DNA of 64,000 nt from an uncultured bacterium (GTDB lineage Bacteria; Armatimonadota; HRBIN16): assembly GCA_964579145.1 (NCBI GenBank), contig CAZOGB010000006.1, positions 3,003 to 67,002 of the forward strand. The letters are read 5' to 3'. Both the position numbers and the translations under genes were made by a program. The first letter of the stretch is position 1; each line of letters starts with the position of its first letter. Below are positions 29,018-38,048 of this stretch, in pieces. The notes beneath the pieces are model-generated. The model saw only the letters and a list, made by a program, of their open reading frames with translations, was not told where the DNA came from and did no database searches.

Positions 29018-30757
29018 TTGGAAAACGCAAAACCGCTGGGCTACTTCGCCTTTGTGTTACATTCGCATATCCCGTACGTGCTGGCGCATGGGCGCAGTCC
29101 GCACGGCATGGACTGGCTTTCGGAAAGCGCTGCCGAGACCTATATCCCCCTGCTGAACACCTGTCATCGTTTGATTAAGGATGGTATCTCGCCGCAGTTT
29201 ACCATCGGTATCACCCCGGTGCTGGCGGAACAGCTGGCGCATCTTGCCTTTGCGGCGGAGTTTGAGGCTTGGCTGAAGGACAAAATCGCTGCGGCGGAGG
29301 TGAACCGCACGGAGTTCCTGCAGGAGAAGCAGATAGGCATGGCGGCGCTGGCGGACTACTGGCACCAGTTCTTCAGCAGGACGTTGAGCGATTTCCGCGA
29401 TCGCTATCGTTCGGATATCATTGGGGCGTTTCGCGACCTGCAGGACGCCGGACATATTGAGATTCTGACCAGCGCTGCGACGCACGGCTACCTGCCCTTG
29501 CTGGGAACCGATGAGGCGGTGCAGGCGCAGGTGAAACAGGGTGTGCAGACCTATAAACGGCTGTTCGGCAGGGCGCCGCGCGGTTTCTGGCTTCCTGAAT
29601 GCGCCTATCGCCCCCGCTATCGCTGGAACTACCCTGTGGATTTCGAAGGCAAGCCCGCTGAGCCCTGGCTTCGCAAAGGAGTGGAGGAGATACTCGCTGA
29701 AAACGGCCTTGAGTACTTCTTTATCGATTCGCACCTGCTTCGCGGTGGCGAGGCAATCGGCGTGTACGCCGAACGGTTTAAACCCCTGCGCGAGCTGTGG
29801 GAGCAGTTCAGCGTGCAGTACCGCCCGGAAGAGGCGGAAAAATCGCCTTACTGTGTGTATCTGGTCAACTCCTCCGACGAGCCCAAGCCACCCATCGCCG
29901 TCTTCACGCGCGACCCGCGCACCGGCGTGCAGGTCTGGAGCGCAGATTCGGGCTACCCGGGCGACGAGTACTATCTGGAGTTCCACAAGAAGCTGCCGCC
30001 CGGTGGCTTGCGCTACTGGCGCATCTCCCGCCCGAAGGACGACCTGGGCAAGAAACAGCCTTACGAGCTGGCAAAGGCATTCGAGCGCATCCAGGAACAC
30101 GCCAAACACTTCGTAGACCTCGCACATCAGGTGCTCAGCGAGCACGTGCAGTCCACCGGACAAAGCGGCATCATCACCGCCATGTACGATACCGAACTGT
30201 ACGGGCACTGGTGGTTCGAGGGTCCCGAGTGGCTGTACTGGGTGCGTCGGGGCATGGAGGCGCATCCCGAAATCCATCCAATCACCTGCGGGAAGTATCT
30301 GCACGAGCATCCTCCGCAGACGGTGATTCAACTGCCCGAAGGGTCATGGGGTGAAGGCGGGTACCACTGGGTGTGGCTGAACGAGTGGACCGAATGGACC
30401 TGGAGGCGCATCTACCCCGCCGAGCGTGAAATGGTGCGCCTGGCACGCCAGTACGGCGACCACCCGGAGGTACAAACCATCCTGAAGCAGATTGCCCGCG
30501 AACTTCTGCTGCTGCAATCCTCCGACTGGCAGTTTCTCATCAGCACATGGTCGGCACGGGATTACGCGGAACTGCGCGCGCAGTGGCACGCCGACCGTTT
30601 CCAGATGCTGGTGGCACTTCTGGAACGAGTAGCCCGGGGCGAGACGCCCTCCCCCGAAGAGTGGGGCGCACTGGGCGAGGCGGAGGAGCGCGACAACATC
30701 TTCCCGGACGTCGAGCCGAAATGGTGGGCACAGCTGGAGTTTCCACCCGGCGAGTAG
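29018..30757 (+). CDS. Glycoside hydrolase family 57 protein (1,4-alpha-glucan branching enzyme type)
   Basis: GYFAFVLHSHIPYV...GHIEILTSAATHGYLPLL is characteristic of GH57 branching enzymes. TTG start at 29018 with GGAGG about 9 nt upstream. Confidence 0.8.
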   Translation: MENAKPLGYFAFVLHSHIPYVLAHGRSPHGMDWLSESAAETYIPLLNTCHRLIKDGISPQFTIGITPVLAEQLAHLAFAAEFEAWLKDKIAAAEVNRTEFLQEKQIGMAALADYWHQFFSRTLSDFRDRYRSDIIGAFRDLQDAGHIEILTSAATHGYLPLLGTDEAVQAQVKQGVQTYKRLFGRAPRGFWLPECAYRPRYRWNYPVDFEGKPAEPWLRKGVEEILAENGLEYFFIDSHLLRGGEAIGVYAERFKPLRELWEQFSVQYRPEEAEKSPYCVYLVNSSDEPKPPIAVFTRDPRTGVQVWSADSGYPGDEYYLEFHKKLPPGGLRYWRISRPKDDLGKKQPYELAKAFERIQEHAKHFVDLAHQVLSEHVQSTGQSGIITAMYDTELYGHWWFEGPEWLYWVRRGMEAHPEIHPITCGKYLHEHPPQTVIQLPEGSWGEGGYHWVWLNEWTEWTWRRIYPAEREMVRLARQYGDHPEVQTILKQIARELLLLQSSDWQFLISTWSARDYAELRAQWHADRFQMLVALLERVARGETPSPEEWGALGEAEERDNIFPDVEPKWWAQLEFPPGE

Positions 30758-30764
30758 GCAGGGT

Positions 30765-32207
30765 ATGAGCACGCGAGAAACCGCCAACAACCCCTCCCCG
30801 TTGCGTGGTTTGCCCGCCGTGTCGCGCCTCCTGCAGGACGAGCGGATACAACAGGCGGTAGCGGAACATGGGCGTGACCTGGTGGTGGATTGTGCACGCG
30901 AGGTGCTGGAAGAGATACGCCGGAGATTGAAGAGCGGAGAGACACTTCCCGTCAACCTATCTTCGGTAGTCGGGGCGGTACTGCGGGAGGTTGGACGCTG
31001 GAGCACGCTGTCCCTGCGGCGGGCGATTAACGCCACTGGAGTGGTCCTGCACACAGGGCTGGGACGGGCGGTGCTTGCCGAGTCGGCGAGGCGGGCGGTC
31101 GCAGAGGTGGCAATGGGGCATTCCATGCTGGAGATTGACCGCGACACCGGCGAGCGCGGCGACCGCATCGAACATGTGCGCGACCTGCTGTGTCGGCTGA
31201 CTGGCGCGGAAGATGCCACCGTGGTGAACAACAACGCGGGGGCGGTTCTCCTGGCGGTTACCGTTCTGGCGCAGGGCAGAGAGGTGATTATCTCACGGGG
31301 GCAGCTGGTGGAGATTGGCGGTGCGTTCCGAATGCCAGACATCATCGCCCAGAGCGGTGCGAAGCTGGTGGAGGTCGGCACGACCAACCGCACTCGTCTC
31401 TCCGATTTCGAGCGGGCGATAACTCCCGAAACCGCGCTTATCCTGCGCTGTCATCCCAGCAACTTCCGCATCGTGGGATTTACCGAAGAGGTGTCCGCTG
31501 TCGAACTGGCATCCTTAGCGCATCGGCACGGACTGCACCTGCTGGACGACGTGGGCAGTGGCTGTCTGGTCAACACCGAGCAGTTCGGGCTGGAGCATGA
31601 GCCGACCCTGCAGGAGAGCGTGCAGGCGGGCAGTGATGTGGTGACCTGCAGCGGCGACAAACTGCTGGGCGGTCCGCAGGCGGGCATCATCCTGGGGCGC
31701 AGGGATATCGTTCAGCGCATCCGCAGGCATCCCCTGCACCGCGCGCTTCGGGTGGATAAGCTGACCCTGAGTGCGCTGGAAGCCACACTGCGCCTGTACC
31801 TGAACATGGAGACGGCTCTGCGCGAGATTCCCGTCCTGCGTGCGCTGGCGATGTCGGAGGGCGAAATCAGAAAGCGAGCCCAGCAGATAAAAGGGAGCCT
31901 GCAGAGAGCACTCCCTGCCGGGGCTATCACAGTGTCCTTGCGCGAAGGCGTGTCCGAGGTGGGCGGCGGAAGCCTGCCCGGTCAGCAGTTACCAACCGTA
32001 CTGGTCTGTTTGGGGAGTTCGCAGGTGGACGCTTCGCAGATGGCGCGTGCCCTGCGCTGGCAGGAGCCTGCTGTATTTGCGCGAATCGAACGCAATGAGG
32101 TGGTTCTTGACCCACGCACCGTGCTGCCGGAAGAGACCGATATGCTGGTACAGGCGGTGGCGCGCGCGGTCACTCAGTGTCTGAGGGGAGGGGCAAGCGA
32201 TGCATGA
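30765..32207 (+). CDS. selA: L-seryl-tRNA(Sec) selenium transferase
   Basis: The SelA N-terminal region (LRGLPAVSRLLQDERIQ) and the PLP-binding core NATGVVLHTGLGRA...CSGDKLLGGPQAGII. Lengths of about 470 aa are typical. Confidence 0.9.
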   Translation: MSTRETANNPSPLRGLPAVSRLLQDERIQQAVAEHGRDLVVDCAREVLEEIRRRLKSGETLPVNLSSVVGAVLREVGRWSTLSLRRAINATGVVLHTGLGRAVLAESARRAVAEVAMGHSMLEIDRDTGERGDRIEHVRDLLCRLTGAEDATVVNNNAGAVLLAVTVLAQGREVIISRGQLVEIGGAFRMPDIIAQSGAKLVEVGTTNRTRLSDFERAITPETALILRCHPSNFRIVGFTEEVSAVELASLAHRHGLHLLDDVGSGCLVNTEQFGLEHEPTLQESVQAGSDVVTCSGDKLLGGPQAGIILGRRDIVQRIRRHPLHRALRVDKLTLSALEATLRLYLNMETALREIPVLRALAMSEGEIRKRAQQIKGSLQRALPAGAITVSLREGVSEVGGGSLPGQQLPTVLVCLGSSQVDASQMARALRWQEPAVFARIERNEVVLDPRTVLPEETDMLVQAVARAVTQCLRGGASDA

Positions 32208-32781
32208 TGCCGTCGATCGGGCTGTGAACGATACCGTCAGGGCCCTGGTGCGCGTGGCGGCGATGCGTGAGAAGGGCGCAGACCGTCACAGTGCGCGAGT
32301 GGCGGTTCTGGCTGTGGCGACCGGCGAGAAACTGGGCATGAGCGACGAGGAACTGCTGGTGCTGCGTCGCGCGGCGGAACTGCACGACATTGGCAAGGTG
32401 GCGATATCCGACAGCATTCTGGGCAAGCTGGGAAGTTTGACCGATGAAGAGATAAAGATTATGCGCCAGCACGCGACGCTCGCGCTGGAGATTCTGGGCG
32501 CAGTACAGGCTCTGCAACCGACCCTTCCGCTGATCAAACACCACCACGAACGCTGGGACGGCACCGGCTACCCCGACGCGCTGGCAGGGGAGCAGATACC
32601 GCTCGGCGCCCGCATTATCGCCGTGGCGGAGGTATACGATATCCTTACCCACGGCGCACCGTGGAAAGAGCCTCTTAGCGTTGAAGAGGCGAAAGCCGAA
32701 CTCCTGCGCTGTGCGGGCACGCAGTTTGATCCTCGCGTGGTGGAAGCGTTTCTGCAGATATGCGATTTAATGTGCGATTGA
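32200..32781 (+). CDS. HD-GYP domain phosphohydrolase (putative c-di-GMP phosphodiesterase), stand-alone
   Basis: HD motif (ELHDIGK) and HHERWDGTGYP. The start overlaps the selA 3' end by 8 nt. Confidence 0.8.
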   Translation: MHDAVDRAVNDTVRALVRVAAMREKGADRHSARVAVLAVATGEKLGMSDEELLVLRRAAELHDIGKVAISDSILGKLGSLTDEEIKIMRQHATLALEILGAVQALQPTLPLIKHHHERWDGTGYPDALAGEQIPLGARIIAVAEVYDILTHGAPWKEPLSVEEAKAELLRCAGTQFDPRVVEAFLQICDLMCD

Positions 32782-32841
32782 TGCCCGGTCCGGTGTTGCC
32801 TGTACGCCAGCAGAGCGAGTATCATTAAGTACCGAGCCTGA

Positions 32842-33954
32842 ATGATGACAGCACAACCATCCAAAAAGTGGCGTGTTTTACAGGTGGTATCCAGCTCGGC
32901 GACGTCGGGCGCCGAGAGGCATATTGTGATTCTCTCCAGAACACTGCAAAAACAGGGACACCAGGTGCTGACCGTTTGCCCACAGGATGGCTGGCTCCCG
33001 AAGGAACTGCAGAGCGCAGGCGTGCACACCCTGCCTGTGGCGATGCGCGGCGCAGGCTCGCTGGTGACCTTTCTGCGTCTGGTACGTCTGGTGCGCCGAC
33101 AGCGGATAGACATTATCCACACACACCTCACCCGCGCGGCATACTATGGTCTGCTGCTGGGCTTGCTCACGCGCAAACCGGTGGTATCTACCGTGCATGT
33201 GTTCACCTCCGACCCCGCCTATCGCTGGCTTTCGCGTCTGGGCAATCCCTTAATCGCGGTTTCCGAGGCGGTGCGATGCTGGCTGATCGAGCACGGCGTG
33301 CCTGCCAGTGAGGTACAAACCGTGTACAACGCCACCGATTTCGTCTCTCTGAACGGCTCGGCGGCACAGGCGTCCCGCGAGGTGCGTCACGAGTTCGCCC
33401 TTCCGCCCAGCAGTAACCTCATCGGTGTGTTCGCAAAGGTCTCGCCTATCAAGGGGCAGGACCTGCTGATAGAGAGCCTGCCGCAGGTGCTTCGTGCCCA
33501 TCCCAACACCTATGTGCTGTTCGTGGGAAGCACCGATAGCGCGTTTGCGGAGCGTACCCGACGGCGTGCGCGCCAGCTGAAGGTGGAGGAGCACGTGCTG
33601 TTCACCGGTTTACGCACGGACGTGGCGAGGCTGATGCAGGCGGTGGACATCGTGGCGATGCCGTCGCGCTCGGAAACGTTCGGCATGGCGGCGCTGGAGG
33701 CGATGGCGCTGGGCAAGCCGGTGGTTGCCACACGGGTAGGGGGACTGCCTGAGCTGGTGCGCGACGGGGAGACCGGGGTGCTGGTAGACCTGACCACCGC
33801 CTCACTGTTGCACGCGCTGAACGAACTGCTGACCCGCGCCGACCTGCGAGCGCATCTCGGCGAAAACGCACGCAGCTTCTCCCACCGCTACTATACGCCC
33901 GAACGCATGGTGCGTGACATCGAAGCGGTGTACGCCCGTGCACTGGCTGTCTGA
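32842..33954 (+). CDS. Glycosyltransferase family 4
   Basis: GT-B fold with the GT4 C-terminal E..(x7)E region (RSETFGMAALEAMALGKPVVATRVGGLPELV). Confidence 0.8.
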   Translation: MMTAQPSKKWRVLQVVSSSATSGAERHIVILSRTLQKQGHQVLTVCPQDGWLPKELQSAGVHTLPVAMRGAGSLVTFLRLVRLVRRQRIDIIHTHLTRAAYYGLLLGLLTRKPVVSTVHVFTSDPAYRWLSRLGNPLIAVSEAVRCWLIEHGVPASEVQTVYNATDFVSLNGSAAQASREVRHEFALPPSSNLIGVFAKVSPIKGQDLLIESLPQVLRAHPNTYVLFVGSTDSAFAERTRRRARQLKVEEHVLFTGLRTDVARLMQAVDIVAMPSRSETFGMAALEAMALGKPVVATRVGGLPELVRDGETGVLVDLTTASLLHALNELLTRADLRAHLGENARSFSHRYYTPERMVRDIEAVYARALAV

Positions 33955-33956
33955 AC

Positions 33957-34652
33957 ATGGTGTCCGTGCTGATGTACCATAACGTGGGTGAGCGGGAACG
34001 CCATCTCAACATTTCGCCGCAGGCTCTGTACAGGCAGTGCCGCCTGCTTCAGGCGATGGGCTTCCGCGCCATTACCCTGAGCGAACTGCAGGAGCACCTG
34101 CGTTCCGGCAGTCTCCCGCGTCGCGCGGTGGTGTTCACCTTCGACGACGCCCTGCTCGGCGTATACCAGTACGCTCTGCCCATTCTTCAGCGGTTCGGGT
34201 GGCGTGCGACGGTGTTTGCGGTTAGCGGGAAGCTGGGGGGAGTAACCGACTGGGCGCCCCGTCATCGCCACCGGGTGATGGGTCGCAAGCACCTTGTCGA
34301 TCTGCACCGACAGGGATGGGAAATCGGCGCACACACCCTCACCCATCCTTACCTGACCCGACTGTCGCCAGAAGACGCCTGGCGAGAGATTGCGCAGTGC
34401 AAGGATGACCTGCAGGAGCTGACGGGCGCAGAGGTTCTCGCTTTTTGCTATCCATACGGTGACCTCAACGAACAGATAGTGCAGACCGTGCGTGCCTGCG
34501 GCTACCAATCTGCCTGCACCATCCGTAAAGGGCTCGTGCGTGTCGGGGATGACCCGCTACTGCTTCCGCGTGTGCCCGTTGCCTATAGCGATGGCGCACT
34601 GGGCTTACTATACCGTCTGTGGCGGGCGTGGAGGTATACACGGCTTGGATAA
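33957..34652 (+). CDS. Polysaccharide deacetylase family protein (NodB homology domain)
   Basis: VFTFDDAL...HTLTHPYL motifs of CE4/NodB deacetylases. Starts 3 nt after the GT4 stop. Confidence 0.75.
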   Translation: MVSVLMYHNVGERERHLNISPQALYRQCRLLQAMGFRAITLSELQEHLRSGSLPRRAVVFTFDDALLGVYQYALPILQRFGWRATVFAVSGKLGGVTDWAPRHRHRVMGRKHLVDLHRQGWEIGAHTLTHPYLTRLSPEDAWREIAQCKDDLQELTGAEVLAFCYPYGDLNEQIVQTVRACGYQSACTIRKGLVRVGDDPLLLPRVPVAYSDGALGLLYRLWRAWRYTRLG

Positions 34653-34950
34653 GCCTATCGCCCAATTTCAGCACCTGTCCGTCTACCTCAACCTTCACAC
34701 CCGTCAAAAGATGCAACACATCCGCCGGCAGATACACCCGACCGCGAATGTTGAGAACCGGCGCACCCAACCGATGCGTCAAACCGTCGCGTAAGAGCAC
34801 ATCGCTGCCAACGCGCGCACGCCATCGCTGACTGCCGTAATGGGCATCAAAATCCAGCACGTCCCCTGTGTGCGCATCCACGCCGATAATCTTCCCCAGT
34901 GAGGTATTGGTTTATTTACAGCTTGCATACCTTTTAACCCCTTTGGGCTT

Positions 34951-35127
34951 CAGCCGTCCATAACCTGCTTCAGCAGGTTTTGCCACGTGTTGCCTGCGAT
35001 TTCTAATCGCGAGGTTGCCTTACAAACATCCCTGCAACTAGAAGTTGCGGGCTACCCATGACGAAGCCTCCTGCGGAGGCTAACCTGCGCCAGCAGGTTT
35101 CGCCCGGTGTAGCCTGCGATTTCCAAT
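34951..35127. repeat. Intergenic array of small palindromic repeat units (two copies of the ~58-bp unit plus two extra hairpins)
   Basis: The first unit is taacctgcttcagcaggttttgccacgtgttgcctgcgatttctaatcgcgaggttgcc. The second is gctaacctgcgccagcaggtttcgcccggtgtagcctgcgatttccaatcgcaggggcag. Each contains aacctgc...gcaggtt and cctgcgatt...aatcgcagg inverted repeats. Between them lie palindromes gcaactagaagttgc and gcctcctgcggaggc. Confidence 0.6.
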
Positions 35128-35176
35128 CGCAGGGGCAGTACAAAACGAGGGGATCGATTAACCGAAACGAAGCGTG

Positions 35177-35205
35177 TTGACCTACTTTGTGAGAAAAGGT
35201 ATAAT
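35177..35205 (+). promoter_or_regulatory. Sigma-70-type promoter for rex
   Basis: TTGACC, a 17-nt spacer, then TATAAT (35200-35205). Confidence 0.6.
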
Positions 35206-35266
35206 TTTGCTTAGTTATGCTATATTTACAAACCCGTCAGTACGAGAGGAGTGTTGTTCAAGGAAG

Positions 35267-35962
35267 ATGACAAATCGCAAAAAGACGGAATCGAGCAATC
35301 ATCGCGTACCCATTCCCACGCTCGAGCGCATGGCAACCTATCTGCGTCTGCTCAGTGATCTGGAGGCTGCGAAGGTTCACACCGTCTCCTCTGCCGAGAT
35401 TGAGGAACAGACGGGCATCAACGCCGCGCAGTTTCGCAAAGACCTCTCCTATTTCGGCGAGTTCGGCAAGCCGGGGGTTGGGTACAGAGTCAGTGAACTG
35501 CACCAGCGGATTGCCCGTATCCTCAAAATCCACCGCGAACAGCCCATGTTGCTGGTCGGCGCGGGCAACCTGGGGTCTGCGCTGGTAGGGTATCCCGGAC
35601 TGCGTGAACACAAGTTCATTATCGCCGCGGTGTTTGATAACAACTATGCCAAGATAGGCAGGCTGTTGTGGGACCACGAGATTCTGGACGTGAACCGGCT
35701 CAAAGAGGTCAACGAGCGCATCCGGGCACGCATCGGCATCATCGCCGTTCCAGCCAGCGCAGCGCAGGAGGTCGCAGACAGGCTGGTGGAGGCGGGGGTC
35801 AAAGCCATTCTGAACTTTGCGCCAACCATCCTGCGCGTCCCCGAAGGGGTGACGGTGCGTAACGTCTCGTTCCTGCAGGAGCTGGCGGTGCTGTCGTACC
35901 ATCTGGAGCACGAGGAAGAGCACGCTGGCGCATGGTCTGCCCACCAGATTGACGGCGTATGA
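35267..35962 (+). CDS. rex: Redox-sensing transcriptional repressor Rex
   Basis: IPTLERMATYLRLL...FGEFGKPGVGYRV...LLVGAGNLGSALVGY carries a winged helix plus a Rossmann NADH-binding domain typical of Rex. ATG at 35267 follows AAGGAAG. Confidence 0.85.
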   Translation: MTNRKKTESSNHRVPIPTLERMATYLRLLSDLEAAKVHTVSSAEIEEQTGINAAQFRKDLSYFGEFGKPGVGYRVSELHQRIARILKIHREQPMLLVGAGNLGSALVGYPGLREHKFIIAAVFDNNYAKIGRLLWDHEILDVNRLKEVNERIRARIGIIAVPASAAQEVADRLVEAGVKAILNFAPTILRVPEGVTVRNVSFLQELAVLSYHLEHEEEHAGAWSAHQIDGV

Positions 35963-36858
35963 TGTGGCGATCCCTGCAGGTATCACCAGAGGAACTGCGC
36001 TGTGATGTCACTCTGGTGTGCGGGCAGTCCTTTCGCTGGAAGCCGTTGAACGCGAATACATGGCGCGGCGTGCTCGGTTCGTACGTGGTGACCCTGCGCC
36101 AAACCGAAGACGACGTACTGTACCAGTGCATCCCGGAAGCCGACATTACGAACCTCCTGCGCGACTATTTTCAGCTGCACGTCCCCCTCGCGCTGCTGTA
36201 TCGGCAGTGGCAGAGGGCGGATAGCCGTTTTGCATGGGTCGCCCCCGCCTTCCCGGGCTTGCGCGTGCTTCGCACCGACCCCGTGGAGTGCCTCTTCAGC
36301 TTCCTCTGCTCCAGCGCGAACAATATCGCACGCATTACCCGCATGGTGAACAACCTGTGCGCTCGCTATGGGCAACCGCTGGCAGAGGTGGACAGTGTAG
36401 TTTACCATCGGTTTCCATCGGTTGACGCACTGGCGCGAGCATCGGAAGAGGAACTGTTCGCGCTGGGGTTCGGTTACCGGGCGCGGGTGCTGGTGCGGGC
36501 GGCAGGGGAACTGGCCCAGCGGGGAGAGGAATGGCTGTTGCGCCTGCGAGAGGTCTCTTACGAGGAAGCCCATCATGCGCTGGTCACCTTGCCCGGCGTG
36601 GGGCACAAAATCGCCGATTGCGTGTGTCTGTTCTCGCTGGACAAGCCGCAGGCAATCCCGGTGGACACGCACGTGTGGCAGATTGCCCGGCGCGACTATC
36701 TGCCGGAGCTGAACGGGCGGAGCCTGACGGAGCGGGTGTACTGGCAGGTTGGCGATTTCTTCCGGGCGCGGTTTGGCGATTACGCGGGCTGGGCGCACAA
36801 CGTGCTCTTCGCCGCCGAACTATCCGCTTTTCGAAAGCGGGTGATGGATTCAAGATAA
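35959..36858 (+). CDS. ogg1: 8-oxoguanine DNA glycosylase/AP lyase, OGG1 type
   Basis: The helix-hairpin-helix-GPD motif LPGVGHKIADCVCLFSL...D (the catalytic Lys/Asp region) and the OGG1 N-terminal domain. The start overlaps the rex stop as ATGA. Confidence 0.8.
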   Translation: MMWRSLQVSPEELRCDVTLVCGQSFRWKPLNANTWRGVLGSYVVTLRQTEDDVLYQCIPEADITNLLRDYFQLHVPLALLYRQWQRADSRFAWVAPAFPGLRVLRTDPVECLFSFLCSSANNIARITRMVNNLCARYGQPLAEVDSVVYHRFPSVDALARASEEELFALGFGYRARVLVRAAGELAQRGEEWLLRLREVSYEEAHHALVTLPGVGHKIADCVCLFSLDKPQAIPVDTHVWQIARRDYLPELNGRSLTERVYWQVGDFFRARFGDYAGWAHNVLFAAELSAFRKRVMDSR

Positions 36859-36923
36859 TCGTAACTAGCTCCCCGGCTCTGTCAGTGTGAGACTGGGGTT
36901 TCAAATCTCTCAGACCTGCAGAG

Positions 36924-36980
36924 GCTAACCTGCGCCAGCGGGTTTTGTTCTGTGTTGCCTGCGCCCTCCAGTCGAAAGGT
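36924..36980. repeat. Diverged copy of the palindromic intergenic repeat unit
   Basis: gctaacctgcgccagcgggttttgttctgtgttgcctgcgccctccagtcg is the same 5' half as the units at 35069 and 41936. It lies between convergent genes. Confidence 0.5.
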
Positions 36981-37015
36981 TCGGAGTGAGAGGACACCCT
37001 GCCGCCGTTTGCTAT

Positions 37016-37456
37016 CTATCGGGATTCTTCATTTTGCAGGTCGAAACTGCGAACTGTGTTCACCAGGCGCTGTACCAGCGGCGGATCAAGCTCCTCGAAA
37101 CTCTTGCTGATGCCCGTTGCTACCAGATAGCAATCCGAGTACGGCAGGTAATCCACCACGTTTTCGGGCGTAATGCCACTGGCGATTGCCAGCGGAAAGT
37201 CGCCTAATGCGGTTTTCATCCTCCTGATCTTCTCGACACTGGCTGCTATCCCTGTGCCAGCACCGCTGGTGGTCACAACATCCATAAACGCGCGGGCGCG
37301 AACGGCTGCAGATTCTAAGTGGTTAATCAGAAAAACGCCGTCTGCTTGCGCTTCCATCGCAATGGCAACATTTCGCAACATCTGTTTCAGAGACGCCACA
37401 TGCACCACAGGGAGAACCACATGCCCTCTCGGAAAAACCTCTCTGAATCTGGACAT
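37016..37456 (-). CDS. Short BtpA/SgcQ-like phosphate-binding (TIM-barrel-like) protein
   Basis: 146 aa. HVVLPVVHV...GADGVFLIN...VVTTSGAGTGIAASVEKIRR...PLAIASGITPENV resembles BtpA-family motifs but is about half the usual length. The start is supported by GGAGGTG 7 nt upstream. Confidence 0.4.
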   Translation of the reverse strand: MSRFREVFPRGHVVLPVVHVASLKQMLRNVAIAMEAQADGVFLINHLESAAVRARAFMDVVTTSGAGTGIAASVEKIRRMKTALGDFPLAIASGITPENVVDYLPYSDCYLVATGISKSFEELDPPLVQRLVNTVRSFDLQNEESR

Positions 37457-37575
37457 ATCACTACACCTCCATTGCTCTTGTTCGTATTTAACAGATTATA
37501 ACACAACAGTCACGCAGGGTTTTCCACATGCTCTGGTACAATAATGCTCAGAAAGTCTTCAGAGAGGTGGTGCAG

Positions 37576-38046
37576 ATGAGCGTTTTGGAAGGACAACCGG
37601 CTCCCGACTTTGCGCTTCCGACAGCAGACGGCAACACCATCCGCCTTTCGGACCTGCGTGGCAAAAGGGTGGTGCTCTATTTCTATCCCAAAGACGACAC
37701 GCCCGGCTGTACGAAGGAAGCGTGCTCCTTTCGCGATAACCTGGGTGCACTGCAGGGGATGGGCGTGGTGGTGCTGGGCGTCAGCCCCGATAGTGTCGCC
37801 TCGCACCAGAAGTTTGCTCAAAAATACGGGCTGACGTTTCCCCTGCTGGCAGATGAGGGCGCACAGGTCGCCACCACCTATGGCGTGTGGAAGGAGAAAC
37901 AGCAGTACGGCAGGCGTTACATGGGCATCGAGCGCACCACCTTTATCATCGACGAAGAGGGCATCGTGCGCCGGGTGTTCCCGAAAGTAAAAGTGGACGG
38001 TCACGTCGAAGAGGTAATGGAGGCGATTCGCGCTCTGGAGGCATAG
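37576..38046 (+). CDS. bcp: Thiol peroxidase Bcp (peroxiredoxin Q type)
   Basis: VLYFYPKDDTPGCTKEACSFRD is the peroxiredoxin active site with the resolving Cys 5 residues downstream. ATG at 37576 follows GAGAGGTGG. Confidence 0.85.
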   Translation: MSVLEGQPAPDFALPTADGNTIRLSDLRGKRVVLYFYPKDDTPGCTKEACSFRDNLGALQGMGVVVLGVSPDSVASHQKFAQKYGLTFPLLADEGAQVATTYGVWKEKQQYGRRYMGIERTTFIIDEEGIVRRVFPKVKVDGHVEEVMEAIRALEA

Positions 38047-38048
38047 CG

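Noticed and set aside
36895-36915. tRNA-Sec candidate at the TTCAAATC motif (anticodon-loop-like UCA)
   Set aside because: The flanking sequence cannot form an anticodon stem, an 8-bp acceptor stem or a T-arm. It is part of the intergenic palindromic repeat.
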